Source: Antedon mediterranea (taxonomy: Eukaryota; Animalia; Echinodermata). From it: 64,000 bases of DNA. The DNA lies in NCBI RefSeq assembly GCF_964355755.1, contig NC_092673.1, positions 16,278,948 through 16,342,947 on the forward strand, in the 5' to 3' direction. Below are positions 14,401-24,800 of this stretch, one piece after another. A model generated the notes under the pieces. The model saw only the letters and a list, made by a program, of their open reading frames with translations. It made no database searches and had not been told where the DNA came from. The stretch's first letter is position 1, and every line of letters starts with the position of its first letter. The position numbers and the translations under genes were made by a program.

Positions 14401-15883
14401 AACAAATTCAGGTTCAACGATTTGCCCCAAATAGGGGTGTTTCGTGGTTGTGGTATTCACTGTATAATGGATGTCAATCTTAATAAATACCCACACACAA
14501 TAATACGAGGATGCTTCTCATTTTCCTATCTCCTCCTCAATAATTGTTTTTAATAGCTGAAAACTGGTTGAACAGCTCGAGTACAGCATCATAATGTTGA
14601 AGATTTTCTTTAAAAAATACTATTTTGATATGATAGATTTAATATACGTTTATACAAATGTTTTGATCTGGGATAAATGGAACATTCCAATCTCTGTTCC
14701 ACAAGTTTCTATTCCCTCAGGCGTCGTAAAGACAAGTACAGTCATAACAGAAATTCGATCCATTTTTTTTTTCAATCTGTGCGGATTACCAATAAAAAAA
14801 AAAAAAAAAATCATATCTTTAACAACGTATTAACAGGAATACTATCAAGTTTCCAACTCTTAACCAACGGAGGAACTACTTTTATTGTATTTGTCTCTAT
14901 AAATGTATCAATGTGTCATTTGGGTTCTTTCTCCTTTCTTTATTTGAATATTCTTAAAAACGGATTTACCATTATGGGCCCTCAACAAGACAAAACAACA
15001 AACAACAACAAAGAATTATAAAAATTAAAATAAAGATATGAACAAGATGATAATGACAAAGAAGTTTGTGTTAATAAGAATGACATTACTCTAACATTAT
15101 AATTAGTATCATATTTTAACACAAGAATATAATGCTGATTATTAAGACAAACATAAAGTGGGTAGTTTTGTTGTACTGTAGTTGAATTTCTAAAGCTGAT
15201 TATAGATATAGAAAGTTATTATAATGTTTCACAAATCTATCTGAAAACAATGATTTCAACAATAAATATAGCATAGCATAGTTAAATGTAGACAGTGAAC
15301 AATTTTATTCCCTGGTGGTAGTGTTTTCTCTGCTTTGGCCCTCCTCAGCACTCCACATTTTGCTGAAACAAATAAAAATATAAATTTACATCATTGTGTG
15401 AACAGGTGCCATGTTAAAATATATTAAATATAAATTAGACAAATTTCACAAATTTCATATATATCTTGTTTTTAAAATAGACTTATATATATATTATATA
15501 AAAATCATAGATAAAATCTCATTGATAAGATGATAAGTGAGGGTACCAATGCCTATTATTGTAGATAAAGGTTATATATAATAATATGATTGTTATCATG
15601 ATGATGATCAAGATATGATAATGACACTCGGGCTATATTCAGACATAGCCTCACCAGTCTTTGTAACCTACACCAGTATAAAAATATAGAAATTATTATT
15701 ATATGGTAGCATTATGAACATTAACAATTTTTGCCAAGTTGTGTCTATTAATATTTCTTTTTATGAAAAATATGTGTTAAATATTTTGTATGTTACATTT
15801 TTTAGATTTACCAAGTCTTGTTAGTGAACAGTTTGAGAAACTAATGGTTGAAGAACAGAAAACAAAGCTTAAACCAGTGATTG
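2153..15883 (+). CDS. Short exons encoding a low-complexity E/Q/T/K/S-rich region
   Basis: DLPRNVDEQFQTQFQKQTSDKQKTKLLKPES (two copies), DVQDGSVTSALPQSDIQGSQQ, DEQDDTEITTQENEQ, ELTKQLTSNSLSTVNEELQTQMKKGMIEEQERKLEAES, EVTKQFASDSSDTLSDEFQTQVVEQETKPEPES, DLPSLVSEQFEKLMVEEQKTKLKPVI. All are phase 1-1; the 25 nt and 32 nt exons together sum to 57 nt. Confidence 0.72.
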
Positions 15884-18800
15884 GTGAGTTTAAGAATAGT
15901 ATAAGGAGTTGTATGGTTCAATGTAACATATTGTGATTAAAATGGTATTTCAGTAGTGGACTTGTAGTAAGAATTTCATTCATTTTGTTTATCATATATT
16001 ATATAATATACAAATTCTTATAATTGCGTGCAACTTCAATAGCTTAAATTGTCCTTGGCTGTACTGCTATGATTATAAGTTTCTCAATCATGGTTCAAAA
16101 TTTGGCACAAAACATTTTCAATGAGTTGAAAGATTAAGAGAATAATTTAATTGGTCAGATGTTTTGTCTTATTCTGACGTAATTGCACTGTATACTCAGT
16201 TCAATGAGAACACTTTGCGAACAAATTTAAAAGTATTTCACAGATTGGACTCAAACCCATGACCTCCAGATTACTAGCATTGCGTATATACCTCCAGACC
16301 ACCGAGCTCAGTAGTCTAAAGAGGTTTGAGTCCCATCCACACACTCATTATAGTGTAAATATCTTTTTAAATGGTTACATATTATTTTAGTTACTGTTCA
16401 TGTATTAATTACAACAGATGGCATGGTAATGATACCACAACCAAAGTTGGCTGCAATAATATTAAAAAAATGAAAAACTATTTTTGTTATAAAATTAAAT
16501 AGAACTAACACTGTGCAAGTCAAGTTGAAATTAATGAATTGAGGAAAATAGATAATCTTACATTGCTGTATATAAATTGTTCTGCTAGTTAACTTAATGA
16601 CATGTTCAAATATAAGCTGTATTATCTACTTACTGTACAGTGTTAATATAATCTTGACAATAAACATGATTTGGTACTATTTTTGTTAAGAAGTTATACT
16701 CTAAAGAGAGCTAACATTGTAAGTTTGTGACGGAAGAAAGTATAATTGTATAATGAAGGAGATTGTAACAATTACTATATAACAAACACAATTAAAATAA
16801 TATTTCATTCTGCAGATCAAATGGAGTTAATTGTGGGATCCACAGGTGGAACTCTTCACCTTAAGGATGAAGACATAAAGTTGCAGATACAACCTGGAGC
16901 AATTGAAGGGGAGAAAGTTAAAGTATCTCTAGAACATTGTTTTGAGGAAACAGGCATGCCTGTACTTTATCCTCATGGATCAATAATATCACCTATTGTT
17001 AAATGTGGACCAGAAGGCACCAGCTTTAACAAGCCCATTTCATTGTCATTTCCACACGATGCTGTAAATGAAGAGAATTGGGAATTCACTCTACTTGTTA
17101 AAGATCGCATTCAAGATGAATGGAAACGTGATGAAAAGGACATACAGTTTACTTTAAAAAACGGTCGATGTTATATAACATTAATTCATTTCAGTTTTTA
17201 TGCACTAATTGGTCATGTAAGAAATTTCTTTGGTAAGAAAAGAATGTTGTTAGGAGTTTTTGGAAAGATGCTTGCAAATGATGAATATCAACTTCAAACA
17301 AGACTTTTTAAGCCGTCAGATAAACAGGTAATTACTATTTGTTGTTAAACTGTATTTAAATAAGGTAGTTCTTAATTTACTTACATTAACAAATATTTTC
17401 AAAATATAGATATAATAAATAGTTGTTTTGTCATATTTGGTCAATAACATTAACCTAGGGTAGTTAATTTGGCATAATATTTATTCTCTTATTTTTATAT
17501 ACCTTAAAATTATACAGTGTACAATCATGTATTGAATTGATTCCTGATCATTATAAAATATGCTGTAAAGAAGTAAACATGATGATTGCATTGTACACTT
17601 CCCTCATATAATTAATAAACTAATATACACAGTCACAAATAACATTAAGTATATGTATTTCAGACGATAAAAGAAGAGCACAGTGAAATTGGTGAGAAGC
17701 CTTTAATAACACCAGTAGATATACTATCTATGTATAAGGACATGAACATTACTGTAGCAGTATCACAACAGGAATGGAAAGTTCATGAGAAAAAAAAAGT
17801 AGGAATATCAATATTTTTAGTAGATTGGCATGGTAAAGAATTATGCATTAAACATGTTTTTGCAGGAATACCACATAACTTGAGAATTCATAATGATAAT
17901 TGATCAATAAATAAAATCTCTATTGCTATCCATATATTTAGCATACTGGATCACGATACTGAGTTAAGATCTTTAACTCTGTCTACACTGTCAAACTAGT
18001 TTGACAAAAAAAGTGTGATATATACAAATATGGTAGTGATATGCCCAAAAATGGTAGTGATATGACATCATCTTGTCCATATATAGGCACATTTTGTTTG
18101 ATAGTGTAGACAGAGCTTTAGAATAAAAATGCTGTCTTTTGATTAGTCTCGTTGGAGGATGCACACTTTTAATTGCAGTTAGCCATTTTTATATTTCTCA
18201 TTGAGAGAAAAACTCTTTGAATGAAAGCATTATCATAACATATAACACATAACATTATAAACAAAATTATTTAAAAAAAAATGTATTCACCAAAGCAAAT
18301 CAATTTAACTACAGTGCCTTTGAGCTGTAACTTTTTATCTCCTGGCTCCTTTTTTCCCTTAGACTGTCACTGCTGAATACCTATGGCGTGGAACACCATT
18401 GAAGAATTTTCTTTTAAAAAGAGGTAATTCATCAGCAAAAGTCCTAAAGGCAACAGTATCACTGTCACAAGAGTCAAATGATATTGATCCAGTGGAAGTG
18501 AATTGTAAGTATTTAAAATGCAACAACAATTAAAGTCTAAATTTAGAATGATTGTAATAAATAAAATGTACTATTCAAATACGGTAATCAGACATTACCA
18601 TCCATGACAATAACCACCCATTATTAACTGTACCATTGTTAGAATATGGGGTGGAATCAATATAGGTGTTGGCTTGTTTTTTATCTAGCACTACAATACA
18701 CTTTGGTTACATTGCTAGTTCCTAAAACACCTTAATTCTTCCGCATATCAAGCAGAGGATTTTTATTTCGAATATCGGTTGGGTGTTTTTTTTTCTAATT

Positions 18801-21800
18801 CTTACAGATTTTCTCATCTTAATTTGTTTATATTATTTAATTTCCAGTATAATATTACTAGTCAAGTGTTTCTATATATATATAAATCTGGTTTCTTTTT
18901 TTATTGAAAAAATGATTAAATATTTTATTTGTTATAGGTGATGTTGTGACATCAAGACTAAATCCAGGTATGTTATATTAATTGTGGTAATGATTAAGTC
19001 TGTTTTCATCTTGACCAGAGAAAAGGCATGAGCCAATACGTCTGAGGCAGATACTAGATGCAAGGGCTGCCAGCAGTTCTGATTTTGAATGCTTGATGGG
19101 ACCCCAACTCCCAGACGGTCTCCTATCCAAGCTCCAACCGGGTCCAAAGTTGCTTAACTTTGGTGATCAGACAGAAAACATGAAAACATGATATCATGTA
19201 GTGCATGAACACAAAACAAAAAACTGACTTCAATTTTTAGAATTTAATTTACCACCATTTCTATGGAAAATTGTACAATAAAGGGCAGCCTTCAGTACCA
19301 TTTTGTCTGGCACTATTAGACTGGTTCAGGGACGATTCGGCCCTGAGACGATTCGGCCCGGGACTATTCGGCCCACTTTTGGTGGGACGATTCGGCCCAC
19401 TTTTGGGCCGAAACATCCCACTTTGTGGGCCGAAACGTCTCAATTTAGACCAAATTCATATTCATTTTTTTGGGTATTTATCAAGTTTTTAAAGGTGTTT
19501 AACAATCCGTATTTTATTGATATTGACAATGTTGATATAATATATATAATAAATTACTAAAAAAAACGTAATTTTATATTCAATTTATTACTTCGAAAAC
19601 CTTGTTTATTTTGTGCATTCGCCAAGCGGCCAACAGAGGGCGTAACTTGTTTACATCGTTCGCGTGACTAAAAATTTATCATTTTCGACAATGTTTTCAA
19701 AATGTTCGCTTTATTGCATCTTTATCCCTAGTAGTACTACCCCATAGTCTCTCTGAAAATAAAGTTTGGGGAAAAAGCTTATTTTATGCTTATAAAATGC
19801 ATATCAAAGCCAATAAATTTAAGTGTGCCGAATCGTCTCAGGGCCGAAACGTCCCGGGCCGAATAGTCCCGGGCCGAATCGTCCCAGGGCCGAATCGTCC
19901 CAGGGCCGAATCGTCCCGGGCCGAATCGTCTCAGGGCCGAATCGTCCCGTTACCCTATTAGACGGATTTACTTGACCTTGGTTATAATCCTGCCCAATGT
20001 GAATAGTTATATGGTAAGTGCCAGCAACGTTGCAGGCATCTATACCGGCATTTTGCCAGCACTATGTGTGTCTTTTGGTGCAGGTGTATCAAACCAAGGC
20101 ATTAGGCAAGGTAATAACACTCTTTAGTTACAGTACTACTTACATTTATAAAAACATATGTAATAAATTTATGCTTATTTTTTATGCTTATTGTATGTGT
20201 TTTTAAGCATCAAGGAAAACCAATTTCATGTTCGCCTTGTTGTGTTCATGACAATAAAGATTATCTTTATTGTCTATTCTGAAATATCTTATCTTTATTC
20301 TGAAATATGTTCAAGATGAATAACATTTTATATTATTACATTTAAATTTATCTAATTTTACAATCAACATTAATTATGCATTTTACATTTTACGTAAGGC
20401 CAACATTTGAGTAGCAAAATCCAATTTATCTTGATCTCATTTGTCATCATATTTATTAATTGATTGATTGATTTTATTCGATATTCATACATAAAAGTTA
20501 AAATATACAATGTATAAAAAGAATACCTGGATAACCCATTAAGTCGACAAAAAAGTAAACTTATTTCCAATGGGGTCCAATCCGTAATAACTGAAAAGTG
20601 AGTGGTTGGACCTAGCACAATATATCATTAAGTATGACGCAGTAAAAATGAAAAAACAAGAAAATACATATAAGACAAGATAATATTAAAAAAAATAATA
20701 TTAAAAAATAACTGATATTCCAAGCTGTTCATTATTAAAATATTCTTTATGTTTTATTTTGAATGTTGCATTATTTTGTATTGATTTGAGTGAATTGGGG
20801 AGCCTGTTCCAGTCATGGATACCTAAGAAATAAAAATTTGTATCGTTAACGCCAGTAGCCTTAGGAGTGACAAAATTAAATGTTGTACCCCTGGTGAAAT
20901 GGTTATAATGATCAGAAATTAACAAAAAGTTATCCTTAAGGAAAGATGGCGTATTAAAGTTATAGCGAATTTTGTGAAAATAATTTAATCTTAAAAACTT
21001 ATTTCTGAGGCTGACATTAAGAAACCCAAGATCGGAAAGCTCTTTGGCACCTATGTGAGACCTGATCGGACCAACATTTAAAATGAAACGTGCCATCCTT
21101 TTTTGGGCAGTTTGTAATTTATGTTTAAGATTCTTATTGACACCGCCGTACCATGCCGAGGCAGAATAGTCAAATGTACATTGTATTAAAGCAGTGCTTA
21201 ATAGTTTACGACATTTTTTATTCAAGCACGAACTTTGCCTATGTAAAAACTTCAACCTTGACTTAACTTTACTGATAACACTAGTTGCAATAATATCACA
21301 TGATACATATTGGTCTAAATCAATACCCAAATATTTAACTTGCTTAGTACTTTTGATTGTACGGCCCATTAATTCCACAGAAAACTCTTTAACTTTGTTA
21401 AGCTTCGCTCTGCTACCAAAGAAAATACTTTCGGTTTTGCCCACATGTAATGATAATTTGTTTTCAGTTAACCAGTCCTGGCACTTAGCTAGGACAGTAC
21501 TTAATTTATGAGCGATTTTGGTGGCATCGTGATGGGAATACAGAATCGTAGAATCATCAGCATATAGAAATAATTGAACATCAGAATCAATACAAGAAGC
21601 AATATCATTTAAATAACATAGAAAAAGAATAGGGCCCAAGATGCTACCTTGCGGGAGTAACTATAAGAGGTTCAGAGCAGGTACCATTCACACTGACAAC
21701 TTGTGTACGGTTAGCGAGATAAGATTGAAACCAGTCAGTACACTTAAAACCCATGCATTTTAGCTTGTTAATTAAAATCACATGATCGACGATATCGAAA

Positions 21801-24800
21801 GCTTTTTGTAAGTCAATTAGAACCATTCCAGTAAGAAGGCCTTTGGACTTATTGTTTTTTAAACCGTCGATGAGATTTATGAGGTTGCTTTCAGTTGAAT
21901 GGGCCTGCCGAAAACCGGATTGATAGGCATAAAGTATATTATTTTTGGAAAGATACCTTTCAACTTGTATAGCTACATATTTTTCAAGAATCTTAGATAC
22001 CGTAGGCAGAATACTAATCGGCCGATAATTCTCAACACTTGTTTCTAGTATTTTTCTTAAATAGTGGGGTAACTTTAGCAGTTTTTAGATCATGAGGAAA
22101 ACAATTAGTTTTAAACAAAAGGTTAATGATATGAGCTATCGGTTCAGCCAAGATTATCGCACCGTCACGTAAAAATCTTGAGGGAATATTATCTAGACCG
22201 CTTTTACATTTAGGCTTTCGAGTTGAGTTTTAACAAATTCTATGGTAACAGGCTCTAGCTTAAACATTTTTCCTTTTAATTTAACATATGAAGATCGTTA
22301 GTGGACATGGTGGAAAAACCTATGCATTTTGGGAGTTTTTTGACGAGTGTTGACGCAACATTCGTGAAAAATTCATAAAACGAGAGGCAACGCCTTTTGG
22401 ACAGAAAGTTTTTTTACCATTGTCTGGCATCGAGAACGATTTTAGTGTTTGTTTTACATTTCTTCTCGTATCCGAGCTGTTTGAGGGTTTTCCATAATTT
22501 TTTAGGGTTGTCTTTATTTTCATCAATCTTATTGAGAAAATAATTAGATTTAGTTTTTTTGATCAGCCTAGAGGCACAATATGATTTGTATATATCTAGA
22601 TTAGATTTATCTTTCTTGAATTTTTTTAAAAGTGTGTCTCTTACTTTGATTTCATTGGCAATTTCGGAGGTAAACCAGGGTGCTATGTTTTGTTTAAGTC
22701 TAACTTTTTTTATTGGCGCTATTGAGTCGATCACCTTAATGATGATATCTTTAAGAGTTAACCACGCGATATTTACATCGTCTTATTAGTGACAACAGAC
22801 CAATCGATATCGTTAAGTGTTTCAAGATAGTTATTTACATTATAGTTTTTTAAAGATCGTAATTTAGCGGAGTTGTGTTCATTTTTGTGAACATGAGACT
22901 TAGGTATTTTTCTAGTGCAATAAATACGAAAATGGTCACTAAGGCCAATGTTAATTACTCCAGATTGCTTCACATTATTTTGTACATTAGTAACAATGTG
23001 GTCCAAACATGAACTTTTTTCTTTTTCCTATTCTAGTTATATCCTTATTAATAACATTACTAAAACCGTTTCTTATAAGACAATCATTATATCTTTGCGA
23101 TACTGGATTAATATTTAGATTACATATGTTAAAGTCACCAAGAACTTGAATTTCACTACTCTCTTTGATTTTTGATACAGTTTCTTCAAAGTTGTTCAGA
23201 AATAAAGATACATTCTGTTTTGGTGGGCGGTAGCATGTACCAATCACAATTTCCTTTGAACGAGGCAGATATATATTTATCCAAATTGCTTCAAAACCGT
23301 TGATATCCAGTTCATTTCTACGTGTGAAGGCGCGTTCATTTTTAACGTAGATAGAAACTCCACCACCAGACCGGTTTCTGTGCTTCCTGAGCGCTGTATA
23401 TCCATCAATTTTGATCTCGTTATCGGTGATGGATTCGTCCAGCCACGACTCGCTGATGGATATAACAGTAGCTTTGGTCTTTGATGCGATGTGCCTTAGT
23501 TCAGACATTTTATTAACTAATGACCGCGCATTAAGGTGAATAAAATGTAGGCCTTTGTTAAACACGTTGAATTCCTCGCTTAAATGCTCGTAAATGTATG
23601 TCCATCTTGTCGGGTTTCTGTCACATTATTTGCGTCGGCAATAAGTTCGTCATGAATATTAATGTCACTGATGCATTCATCATTCGGAAGCTGATTGAAG
23701 AGGCATTCTTGACATAACCAATTTTCTTTCGAGTTCCGTTGCTTATCATATACAATTTTAGTTATTCTTCCGCACTTGATATGGTAGATACATTTGCATT
23801 CAGTGCATTTTGCCCTGTGCGTTTTCGCAATCGGTTTTTTACAAGTTGAACATGGGTTTCTGATTGGTCCTGGGTTTGGAGAAACGTCTCCAGCGATAAT
23901 AATAAGTACCATCAGGAAACTTGGGTTTTTTAAGATTAAGCGGCAAACTGGATACGGTTTAGAAGATCCGTACATTGTCCAAAAGGGAGACATTATATTC
24001 AGGTTATCCGTATGAAAGTTTCTATGTAATAGTCAGCAGTTATCATATAGCATACTTAAAATAACATTTTGTAGTTTTTTAATTGTAGTAATAATAATTG
24101 TAAGGTATGATTTCACAACATTCCAAAAACTTAACTTTTCTACAGATGGGGAAGATGAAGATGAATCGCTCATCAAGCAACCAGGTATGTTCTATCTGTA
24201 CCCCTTTTTTAGTGAAGAACATAAACATGTGTATAGATACCTGTTTTTTTTTTTTTTCAGACTAAATATCTTTAATAATATCTGTTTTCTTAAAGATCTT
24301 TTTAGAAATTGTTACTTCTTTCATTCTACTTGTAATAATATGAAGCTACTGACATTTTTGTGCATGTTTTTAAAACCTGAATATTAATGATTGTATGTCT
24401 TTGCATTATAGACATCTCAGATGAGGATTTCTGGCAACTGTTGATTGATACAGCAGAGTGGTATGATCGACTTGGATATCTCAAGAAATTGAAACTTTTA
24501 TACAAAGACCATCTGAAGAAATCTAGAGTGGAGGTGGAGAGAGCTAATAGTGTTTGGGATCTGCTACAGGATTTAAGAGCCTTAGGAAGTTTGAGTCCAT
24601 CAAACCTTACTATTCTATATGACACAATAACAGTAACCAAGCAATTTGGCTTCAAGTCAAACGTTGAGAATCAACCACCAGAAGATATTAAGAAACATGT
24701 AGTATCAATGTTGACACCTTTCAGACAGAAGGTTTATCAACTTGGAGTAGAACTTACGAAGGATGAAGTATCAACACTTGCCAGGTTATTTAACAATGTA

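Noticed and set aside
15306-15362. Minus-strand exon-like segment (tttcag/C AAA ATG TGG...TAA)
   Set aside because: Isolated, with no partner exons or recognisable product.
16746-17348. Calling the gene unc5 or PIDD1
   Set aside because: No Ig/TSP/TM or LRR exons are seen, only one ZU5 is present, and the effector looks like a tandem DED rather than a death domain; no symbol assigned.
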